Shown here in pieces: positions 53,852-64,000 of a stretch of DNA of 64,000 bases. The first letter of the stretch is position 1. Each line of letters begins with the position of its first letter. The notes beneath the pieces are model-generated. The model was given only the letters and a program-made list of their open reading frames with translations. It was not told the DNA's origin and made no database searches. Source of the stretch: Eledone cirrhosa (taxonomy: Eukaryota); the NCBI GenBank assembly GCA_964016885.1, contig OZ024753.1, positions 34,844,001 through 34,908,000 on the forward strand, given 5' to 3'. The translations under genes and the position numbers were made by a program.

Positions 53852-54317
53852 TTAATTGATCACAAGAATATCTATTTTGTTAATATTTGAATTAATATCA
53901 ATAACTCTGAAAAATAATTACTGTAGGGTGCTTCCAATCTACTGTAAAACTCATTCTTTGATGTACTCATTGAATCTTATTTAACTCTTTAATATATATA
54001 TATATAGTCACCCGACCAGCCTTGCCTCAAGTGGGACAACTCCCGTCTAACCCATGCTAGCGTGGAAAACGGATGTTAAACAAAGATGATGATGATGATG
54101 ATGATGATATATATATATATATATATAGTATATATACAATATAAAGGTAACTGAGACTGTAAATATGTATATCAATTTACACATTTTTAGTATATACACA
54201 TAAAAACATGCCAATTACATGCATTTTCCAGTAAAGTGGAAAAAATGCTAAATGCTAATGGGTTAATCAATTTTCGGACCTAGTTGAGTTCTTCATCAGA
54301 AGTTTATATATATATAT

Positions 54318-54661
54318 CATCATTCATCATCATTTCATTTTACGTCCACTTTTCCCTGCTTGCAAGGGTGGGACGGGAACTGATTCTGGCTTGATTTCTA
54401 CAGCTGGATGCCCTTCCTAACACCAACCTCATTTACAGTGAGTGCTGGGCGCTTTTTTGCCATGGCACCTCCACGACCACTTTGCAGTGGAATGATAGGG
54501 AGCCCAGTCCCTATCATCTCATTTCTACAGCTGAGTAAACTGGAGCAACGTGAAATAAAGTGTCTTGCTCAAGGAAACAACACATCACCCGGTCTGAGAA
54601 TTGAACTCACAACCTTTCGATTGCAAGGCCAATGCTCTAACCACTAAGCCATATGCCTCCA
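54318..54661 (-). mobile_element. SINE family B
   Basis: Full-length match. Confidence 0.85.
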
Positions 54662-55120
54662 TATATATATATGTAATAAACATATATATGTAATATATGT
54701 ATATATGTAATATACGTAATAAACAACATAAGGCAATTATTCCATTTACCAGACGAGCTCAACACAGACGTCAGAAATCGTTCATCAGAATCTATTTATT
54801 ACATAACTAAATAGCTCTGTAGATTACATAGAGCACTCTCCTTTCCTTTACCTTTCCTACAGAAACACTTAATAATATATATATAATGTAAATAACGACA
54901 TCTGACATAGTAATATCCTGAAATGGACATACTAATTTGCATATTATTTGGAGAAGGGGCAAAAGGTTGGAAAACCTCTGAGAAATGCAACCAAACTAAC
55001 ATATTTTTTTATTTTCTGCTTTGTTTTTGTTTTTTTTGCGGAGGGGGGGGGGGGGGGGCACAAATGTTTATGAAAATATTTTTTTTAGAAAGTTTTCATG
55101 CTTTGTTGTTTATTAAGACA

Positions 55121-55640
55121 AGTGGTGGTGGTGGTGGTAGTAGTAGCAGTGGTGGTAGTGGCGATGGTAGTGATGGTGGCAGTGGTGGTAGTGGCAGTGG
55201 TAGTAGTGGTGGTGGTGGTGGTGGTAGTGGCAGTTGTGGTGGTGGTGGTAGTGGCAGTAGTGGCGGTGGTAGTGGCGGTAGTAATAGTGATGGTGGCAGT
55301 GGTGGTAGTGGCGGTGGTGGTGGTGGTGGTGGTAGTAGTGATGGTGGCAGTGGTGGCGGTGGTGGTAGTGGCAATGGTAGTGGCAATGGTAGTGGTGGTA
55401 GTGGTAGTGGTGGTGGTGGTAGTAGTAGTGGCGGTAGTAATAGTGATGGTGGCAGTGGTGGTAGTGGCGGTCGTGGTAGTAGTGATGGTGGCAGTGGCAG
55501 TGGTGGTGGTGGTGGCGGTGGTGTTGGTGGTGGTGGTAGTAGTGATGGTGACAGTGGCGGTGGTGGTGGTGATGGTAGTTGCAATGGTAGTGGCAGTGGT
55601 GGTAGTAGTATTAGTAGTAGTAGTAGTGGTGGTAGTGGCA
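55121..55640. repeat. (GGT/AGT)n degenerate trinucleotide repeat
   Basis: Direct inspection. Confidence 0.9.
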
Positions 55641-55889
55641 GAGGTGTTGGGGAGGAGTTAGAAGGCGAAGAAGTCAACCACTTTCCTGACATGAATTTAA
55701 ATGCTGTCCCAATGTAATAGAGACCCTTCATTACGTAGCAACAAGAGCTTACGTACACAAAACAAGCCACAACCTATTTTTCAAATCAGATCTTAACTAG
55801 TTTCATAAAGGATTATTGATTGAGGAACACAAAGTGTTCACTGACACTGTGTGTATGTGTGTGTTTGTGTATGTGTATGTGTATGTATG

Positions 55890-55944
<55 letters not shown>

Positions 55945-55986
55945 TGAGGGAGAGAGAGATGCTCTGTATGTATGTGTGTGTTTGTG

Positions 55987-56019
<33 letters not shown>

Positions 56020-56064
56020 TGAGGGAAAGAGAGATACTCTGTATGTATGTGTGTGTTTGTGTCT

Positions 56065-56116
<52 letters not shown>

Positions 56117-56166
56117 TGAGGGAGAGAGAGAGATACTCTGTATGTATGTGTGTGTTTGTGTCTGTG

Positions 56167-56206
<40 letters not shown>

Positions 56207-56259
56207 TATTTATATTGAGGGAGAGAGAGATACTCTGTATGTATGTGTGTGTTTGTGTC

Positions 56260-56350
<91 letters not shown>

Positions 56351-56462
56351 AGGGAGAGAGGGAGATACTCTGTATATATGTGTGTGTTTGTGTCTGAGTA
56401 TATATATATATATATATTGAGGGAGAGAGAGATACTCTGTATGTATATATATATATATATGC

Positions 56463-56501
<39 letters not shown>

Positions 56502-56550
56502 TATATTGAGGGAGAGAGAGAGATACTCTGTATATATGTGTGTGTTTGTG

Positions 56551-56579
<29 letters not shown>

Positions 56580-56581
<2 letters not shown>

Positions 56582-56825
56582 CTATCTAAGGCAGGTAAAA
56601 TTCCCGAGATCCATGGACGAGCTCTCTCCAGCGGTCTCTGTCCCTCATTATCGATGCCATATCCTGCATCTCCAACAGACCAGTGTCTGTCCTTAGGGCA
56701 TCAACATATGTTAACCTTGGTCTTCCTCTTCTAGTGTGTCCATGTAGGGGCTTCCAAAGGAGCACTGAGTGCAATGTCAACTCTGGATGTCGGTGAGCAT
56801 GTCCAGCCAACCTCAGTCTCCTCTG
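56580..56825 (-). mobile_element. RTE-like LINE 3' end with (TAGA)n tail
   Basis: RLRLAGHAHRH..RRGRPRLTY..DRDRWR; second copy at 59945-60087. Confidence 0.75.
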
Positions 56826-56834
56826 TGTATATAT

Positions 56835-57150
56835 ATGGCTTAGTGGTTAGAGCATTGGCCTTGCAATCGAAAGGTTGTGAGTTCAATTCTCAGACCAGGT
56901 GATGTGTTGTTTCCTTGAGCAAGACACTTTATTTCACATTGCTCCAGTTTACTCAGCTGTAGAAATGAGATGATAGGGACTGGGGTCCCTATCATTCCAC
57001 TGCAAGTGGTCGTGGAGGTGCCACGGAAAAAAAAGCACCCAGCACCCACTGTAAATGAGGTTGGTGTAAGGAAGGGCATCCAGCTAGCATCAGTTCCCGT
57101 CCCACCCTTGCAAGCAGGGAAAAAGCGGACGTAAAATGAAATGATGGTGA
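56835..57150 (+). mobile_element. SINE family B
   Basis: Match to family. Confidence 0.85.
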
Positions 57151-57387
57151 TATTATATATATAAATATATATATTGAGAGAGAGAGAGAGATACTCTGTA
57201 TATATGTGTGTGTTTGTGTCTGTATATATATATACATATATATATTATAAATGAAGAGTATAGAAATTTTATATATATATATATATTGAGAGAGAGATAC
57301 TCTGTATGTATGTGTGTTTGTGTGTGTATATATATTGAGAGAAAGAGAGATACTCTCTATATGTATGTGTGTGTTTGTGTGTGTATA

Positions 57388-57726
57388 TCATCATCATCAT
57401 CATTTTACGTCCGCTTTTCCCTGCTTGCAGGGGTGGGACGGGAACTGATTCTGGCTTGATTTCTACAGCTGGATGCCCTTCCTAACACCAACCTCATTTA
57501 CAGTGAGTGCTGGGTGCTTTTTTTGCCGTGGCACCTCCACGACCACTTTGCAGTGGAATGATATGGACCCTAGTCCCTATCATCTCATTTCTACAGCTGA
57601 GTAAACTGGAGCAATGTGAAATAAAGTGTCTTGCTCAAGGAAACAACACATCACCCGGTCTGAGAATTGAACTCACAACCTTTCGATTGCAAGGCCAATG
57701 CTCTAACCACTAAGCCATGTGCCTCC

Positions 57727-57728
<2 letters not shown>
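57388..57728 (-). mobile_element. SINE family B
   Basis: Match to family; inverted relative to the 56835 copy. Confidence 0.85.
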
Positions 57729-57758
<30 letters not shown>

Positions 57759-57793
57759 GTATATATATGTATATATATATATATAAGTATCAA

Positions 57794-57835
<42 letters not shown>

Positions 57836-57961
57836 AGTATCAATATATATATATATATATATATATTGAGAGAGATACTCTGTATGTATGTGTGTGTTTG
57901 TGTGTGTGTATATATATATATGTATGTATATATATTGAGAGAGAGAGATAATCTGTATGTA

Positions 57962-58008
<47 letters not shown>

Positions 58009-58096
58009 GTATATATATATATATATATTGAGAGAGAGACTCTCTATATATGTGTGTTTGTTGTGTGTGAAAGATATATATATATATATATATATA

Positions 58097-58221
58097 GGAA
58101 AAAGTATGACCCCGACGGCATAGCTCAAGCCGTTTCGACGGCTATTTCCCATTCTACTACCCTAAGTATTGAGTACTCTGGTGTGTTATGGTCAATCTGG
58201 TTCCTTACCACATTTCCTTTG

Positions 58222-58224
<3 letters not shown>
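58097..58224. mobile_element. PLE-like 3' remnant with 5' inversion (family of 9010/59511)
   Basis: 58097-58145 inverted relative to 59710-59760; tail near-identical to 59561-59638. Confidence 0.65.
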
Positions 58225-58254
<30 letters not shown>

Positions 58255-58369
58255 CAAGACGATGAGTAAGACAAAGTCACCCGACCTGTTACTGCCCACG
58301 GCAGGACAACCTGTCTAACCCATGCTAGCGTGGAAGAATGGACGTAAAACGGTGATGATGATAATGATG

Positions 58370-58400
<31 letters not shown>

Positions 58401-58699
58401 GAAAGAGAGAGAGAAAGAGAGAGGCTGTATATATGTGTGTGTATCTTGTGTGTTTGTGAAAGAGAAAACTAGACTCTATATTTATGTGTATGTCTGTGTG
58501 TGAGAAAGAGAGACAGACGGTTTGACAGAGTTGCATGTAGATGCACAATTTGTGTGTGTGCATGTGTGAATGTGCATGTGTGAATGTGCATGTGTGAATG
58601 TGCATGTGTGAATGTGCATGTGTGTAAAGAACAAAGCCAAACAAACAATTGCAAAGACAGAACTAGGCCACACAAAAGTTATCAATACCCCATGAGTAG

Positions 58700-58840
58700 A
58701 GTGGTGTGGTGTGGTGTGGTGTGGTGTGGTGTGGTGCGGTGTGGTGCGGTGCGGTGTGGTGTGGTGTGGTGCTGTGCGGTGTGGTGTGGTACAGTGTGGT
58801 ATGGTGCGGTGTGGTGTGGTGCGGTGCGGTGTGGTGGTGA
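58700..58840. repeat. (GTGTG/GTGCG)n pentanucleotide repeat
   Basis: Direct inspection. Confidence 0.9.
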
Positions 58841-59096
58841 ACTGTAGTGTAGTAAGATATAGAGAAGAGGTAACACAGGTAATAGATACAAACATAGATG
58901 GGTTGAGAAACTAAAGATAGACAACAATATGGCTGACAAGAAAATCTAGGTTGCTAAGTATATAAACTTTTCCTCTTGTTAGCCATGTCCACCGAATAGA
59001 TTTTGTCATATGTTTCTCTGCCACACAGCCTTGCTCAACTACATAGAACACATACAATGACACACTTAAGAAATCTATATCTAAATATATATATGC

Positions 59097-59510
59097 AAGG
59101 CTACGTTGGTATGGTCACGTGATGCGCATGAAGGACGATAGCTGTATAACAAAGTGCAGGGCAATAAAGATAGACGGTAGCCACGGAATAGGCAGACCCA
59201 GAAAAACCTGGGACGAGCTGATAAACTCCGACCTCACACACTTACACCTCACCAAGACAATGTCACTGGACCGAGACCTTTAGCGGTACTCAGTAATAGA
59301 GAAGACCCGCCTTACCTAAATACAAAGTAAAACCTACTACAGTCAGTAGGCATCTCTAACAAAATACACCCCCGTCCCACCACCCCCACCCCATCCACAC
59401 CGCCCCCTTATATGTAAAGTTATGTTGGTGCCACACCATCCAGGCCGAAACAAATGAGATCGTGTAGGTGTCACGACAAAAAAACACACAGTCCACGCTG
59501 TAATGTGGCT
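59097..59510 (+). mobile_element. RTE LINE 3' fragment (family of 1491/47316)
   Basis: Near-identical sequence; in-frame stop at ~59281. Confidence 0.8.
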
Positions 59511-59635
59511 AATTCTGGACTAGTCCAGCTCAGCCGTCGGAGTCCTACTCGTTCCTATTACCCATTCTACTACCCTAAGTATTGAGTACTTTGGTGCGTT
59601 ATGGTCCACCTGGTTCCTTACCACATTTCCTTCGT

Positions 59636-59672
<37 letters not shown>

Positions 59673-59760
59673 AGATATAAATGCACACACATTCTGGACT
59701 AGTCCAGAATTAGCCGTCGAAACGGCTTGAGCTCAGCCGTCGAGGTCTTACTTGTTCCTA
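59511..59760 (+). mobile_element. Two PLE-like 3' remnants with a partial hammerhead
   Basis: GAAA-CGGCT-TGAGCTC-AGCCG-TC (5-bp stem III, GUC site); palindromic ATTCTGGACTAGTCCAGAAT. Confidence 0.6.
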
Positions 59761-59770
59761 TATATATATA

Positions 59771-59943
59771 TGGTGGCTGCCAACTCACCTTCGAGTACGG
59801 CCACTACTTTATATCCATGTAGGAGAACCCCTACCGATGCGCTGAACGAGTGTGACTTTTTAGTCTAGCCAGCGACTTGAAAACTCTGGTACAAACACTA
59901 CACTTGTGACAATTATTGACACATAGTGCTGGGCCCATGGTAC
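59771..59943 (-). mobile_element. Family D retroposon, 5'-truncated copy 3
   Basis: Matches 41276-~41448. Confidence 0.8.
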
Positions 59944-59944
59944 A

Positions 59945-60087
59945 TATCTATCTATCTAAGGCGGGTAAAATTCCCAAGATCCATGGACGAGTTCTCTCCA
60001 GCGGTCTCTGTCCCTCATTATCGCTGCCATGTCCTGCATCTCCAACAGACCAGTGTCTGTCCTTAGGGCATCAACATACGTTAACCT
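59945..60087 (-). mobile_element. RTE-like LINE 3' tip (family of 56580)
   Basis: Near-identical to 56580-56717. Confidence 0.75.
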
Positions 60088-60216
60088 GATGGTACATATA
60101 TACATACATATATATAAACAGACTCAGAGATACATACACACAGCCTCAGAGATATACACACACACACACACATATATATATATATGCATATATATATATA
60201 CATATGTGTGTGTGTG

Positions 60217-60408
60217 AGTCTGGGGTTATATCGGGGGTAACCATAATAAGTAAGGTACTCAATACATTAGTAGAGTGTATACAAAAAATTTAATATAGAA
60301 ATGGCTTCTATAGGACTAGAACTGTTTCATTGAAAGGAAATCATGATGGTTTCCTTCTAATGAAACAGTTCTAGTCTTGTAGAAGCCATTTCTATATTAA
60401 ATTTGTTA
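60217..60408. mobile_element. Short palindromic PLE-like remnant (GAAA-stem III-GTC only) with tail on the left
   Basis: Arms ~60285-60340 / ~60349-60403; tail has ACTC-TAC/GTA-TT-GAGT hairpin on minus. Confidence 0.6.
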
Positions 60409-60460
60409 GCTATATCATCATCGTTTAACGTCCATCTTCCAAGATAGCATGGATTATATA

Positions 60461-60584
<124 letters not shown>

Positions 60585-60653
60585 TATATAACCCATGTTG
60601 GTGTGGAAAGTGGACATTAAATGATGATGATGATGATTCATATATATAAACAG

Positions 60654-60693
<40 letters not shown>

Positions 60694-61032
60694 CCAAGAG
60701 TCACACATCTGAATCCGACAAGCGATTGCAATACTCTTAGCAGAATTTGCAGCGATCATATATATATATATATAGAAAGACAGGCAGTCAGACAAACAAA
60801 GACATACACATTACATTAAGAAATCTTTGTTTACATATCAGATGTTCCAGGCAAACAAGCAGATAATTACATTATAAATTGATTATGAACTCAGCTGGAA
60901 CAGTAAACCAACATCCAGCCATTAGCATTGTCACCTCAGAATTGTCAGAAAATGATTGAAGTAAATAAAAGTTCAACCAGCTGCCAACATGGGAGCCTCT
61001 CAGAGACAGATGCATGTCCTTGGTTGGCCCTA

Positions 61033-61065
<33 letters not shown>

Positions 61066-61151
61066 AGGAGGAGAGAGAGAGGGGTAGAGAGAGGGATAGG
61101 GAGAGGGAAAGGGATAGAGAGGGGTAGAGAGAGAGAGAGAGAGAGAGAAGT

Positions 61152-61336
61152 AATTGTTTCTATTTTTGGCACAAGGCCAGCAATTACCCAGTGTATTACT
61201 GGTACTTTATTTTAACTACCCCGTAAGGATGAAAGGCAAAGTTAACCTTGGCGGGATTTGAACTCAGACCATAAAGGGACTTAACTATGCTGGAAAGCAT
61301 GGCGTCCGACCTTCTACTGATACTGCCAATCCCCCA
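61152..61336 (-). mobile_element. SINE family A
   Basis: Full-length match. Confidence 0.8.
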
Positions 61337-61961
61337 GTATGTGTGTGTGATAAAGGAGATCTCCCACGAGAGGGCTGAAACTATCTCATCTTTTGCAAGG
61401 AAGCAGTGACCAGCAAAAACCAGGATATCATAGAAAGAGACACTGGAATTGAAAATGTATGTAAGTGAGGAGCAAAACTCCAGCCTATCTGGGAGATCAG
61501 TAGCCTTGCTAGCAGAAAAAAATGGACATTAACTGATGATGATATCATTTCATATCTGTTTTCCCTTGTCAGCCACCTTGCTGTCAGTGCAGTTTTGTAC
61601 ATTAAGGTGGGACTACACCTGTGATGCCAGTTTTCACAACAGATTGGAGACCGCTCTGTTGGTGAGATGTATGAGAAGCAATAACAAAATGAAGAATAGA
61701 CAGGAAAATTTTACGGGTGTCTTACAGCCAAAGGGGATAGATATGTGAAAATTTACAACCAGAAATGTATGGACAACAGATTGTCCATGTAAATTTGTAA
61801 TAAAAGACGACAGAAGTGGAGAAAAATTGACTTTACGTCCAGTCCATTGAAATACAGATCGAAAGAAATTATGACAGCTCCCAGCAGTATTACTGCCTCA
61901 AAATGCCAAATCAATGGTGAGACTCAGGAAGTAGTAGTAGTAGCAAGTGAGAGACAGTGGA

Positions 61962-62098
<137 letters not shown>

Positions 62099-62174
62099 GA
62101 AACTAGGTTACCAGATTTTTAGAGTAATACATTATTACTTTGTCCATTATATTCACTCAACTTAACTAGAGTAA

Positions 62175-62384
62175 CCCTTCAGCATTTACATTACTCTATA
62201 TACACTATTGTATTTTCACAGTAAACACTTTACTTCACATAATATAGAATCTATGAGATTTTGATATTATTTATTTTGAGAACAATGCCTTAACATCAGT
62301 ATGACGACGACCAGTTACAGCCAGTTTGAACAGAAAGAGGTGAGAGAATCCTGGCTGGATACGGCCTGTTTAAATGCTAAAGGG
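62175..62384 (-). mobile_element. piggyBac-like MITE P1
   Basis: CCCTTCAGCATTTAC...TAAATGCTAAAGGG. Confidence 0.7.
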
Positions 62385-62780
62385 GTAAGGTAAGTGTAAT
62401 AAATTAAAGCAATAGAATTTGGTAGAACCATTGATATTCAGTGGTGGCAAATACCAATAGAAAGAGTTTAAATAACAAAATATATTTTATGCCTTGAACA
62501 AGAAGAGAGGTCTAACATTTCAGGCAGAACTGAAGTGAAAGGTGAAGTTGGTGCAGCTGAACCCCACAATCAGATTTAATTACACCTACATTAGATTTCA
62601 ACTGAGTATCCATGAACTCTTAATTTTATATATTAACTTTGATAGGTTTCGGCCAGTACTGGTCCAGGCCATGTCTAACTTAATAGCACCACCTGGATAT
62701 TATCCACTCAGTTATTAGTGTTATACTCTAATAACTTAGTGGATAGAGTTATACTCTACATATATTGATCTAATAACTAG

Positions 62781-62816
<36 letters not shown>

Positions 62817-62977
62817 CTATCTCTGTAAGGTTGGTAGTCCTGGTGCCATGAAAAATGCTTTCAGTACATGCTGTAAAGTAGTTGGCATTATGAAGGACAT
62901 AGAAGAATAGAAGACATGGTCACCTGACCTCACTAACCTCACAATGTTACAACCTGTCTAATCCATGCAAGTGGTAG

Positions 62978-63010
<33 letters not shown>

Positions 63011-63141
63011 GATAAACTTGCATGAATTTCCTATTTTATTCTTTTGGAATAAAGTTTAGTATCACTATGGCTACTTTTTTTATTTACATTTTCTTAACAG
63101 TAAGCAAATAATTCAATTATAACCCCCTACTATGTATATTA

Positions 63142-63398
63142 TGGAGGTGCATGGCCTACTGGTAAGGGTGTTGGACTTACAATCAATTCCTTGATTGGGT
63201 TGTGTGTTGTGTTCTTCAGCAAAACACTTCATTTTATGTTGCTTCAGTATACTCAGCTGAAAATGAGTATCAACAATAGCTGGGGGTTTAACCCTGCAAT
63301 GGACTGGCATCCTGTCCAGGGGGAAGTCTTGTACTCTCACTTGCTTAATGCCACGGAAATCAGGATAAGAACCAGCCAGATAAGCCTCCAAGCTTGAG
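63142..63398 (+). mobile_element. Diverged SINE with family-B-like head/core and GGACTGGCATCCTGTCCAGGGG 3' domain
   Basis: Head/core similarity to family B. Confidence 0.55.
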
Positions 63399-64000
63399 AC
63401 AGAATGGAACTATGTATATTACAAACATAACCAAATATATACTTGATGGAAATAAACTAAATATTGTTGGTCCATCAAGTTCAAAGAAACCTTAAAACTC
63501 TAAATATCAAAAATAGAAAGTTATATATAAATATATTGCTTCTTATTAAAAGTGATCGATTGGCAGAATCATTAGAGTGGTAGACAAAATGATTTTTGCA
63601 GAGCTTTTAGTTCTGCTATTTTACATTCAGTATTTCAAATCCTATAAAGAAGCGGTAGGGCGGGTGGTCGACTTCGCCTTTCATCTTTTCTGAAGGAGAC
63701 AGAGGGTCAATAAAATAAGTACTTATGAAGCACAGGCATTGATATAATCGACTATACCGGCCTCCTTGTTAAATATGTGGTCATGCTTATGTTGAAAATC
63801 ACTGTTGCTGCCACCACTGCTGCCACTTTTGGTACAAAACTACGTAAACCCACCCCTAGTACTATGATATAAAGCTGTTTATTTTACATCTTTATATTGA
63901 TCAAAAAAACAAAAACTTCCATCATAATTTTATGTAAGAACCTTTGTTATGTTATGTTTCCAACACAAACTTAATAATGAGAAAGTTATAGTACTAAATC

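Larger units (their letters stand above)
53668..53992. mobile_element. Palindromic hammerhead element (family of 28444) with tail 53894-53992
   Basis: Arms meet at AAAATAAAAT-G-ATTTTATTTT; tail shares GTGCTTCCAATCTACTGTAAAACTCA. Confidence 0.85.
55870..58060. repeat. Minisatellite ATTGAGGGAGAGAGAGATACTCTGTATGTATGTGTGTGTTTGTGTCTG + (TA)n, interrupted by LINE and SINE insertions
   Basis: Unit recurs at 55923-56560, 57172-57385 and 57864-58050. Confidence 0.8.

Noticed and set aside
54923-55770. Gly/Ser-rich or Pro-rich ORFs (also 36294-36665)
   Set aside because: Trinucleotide repeat open in several frames; no splice or domain evidence

Overview
AT-rich, repeat-dominated eukaryotic (animal) genomic DNA. 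The microsatellite load and SINE/LINE types suggest a cephalopod such as Octopus (inference). There is no intact host CDS, only two weak candidate minus-strand exons. The window holds a 10.3-kb satellite of 36/43-bp units, several tRNA-derived SINEs, RTE, L1/Tx1 and CR1/Jockey-type LINE fragments, piggyBac-like and Tc1/mariner MITEs, and a 5'-truncated Penelope-like element (PLE) with a GIY-YIG endonuclease. The most striking signal is a dense set of short non-coding elements inside (TA)n tracts, belonging to several sequence-distinct families. They form head-to-head palindromes, and each arm carries a type-I hammerhead ribozyme: stem I-CUGANGA-stem II-GAAA-very short, often self-complementary stem III-NUH-stem I. 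One arm continues into a unique 3' tail, which in several families begins with a covarying hairpin carrying a TT bulge. They look like non-autonomous PLE/retrozyme-like retroposons, plausibly mobilised by the kind of PLE seen at about 44 kb. All structures were read by eye, and the coordinates of degenerate repeats are approximate.
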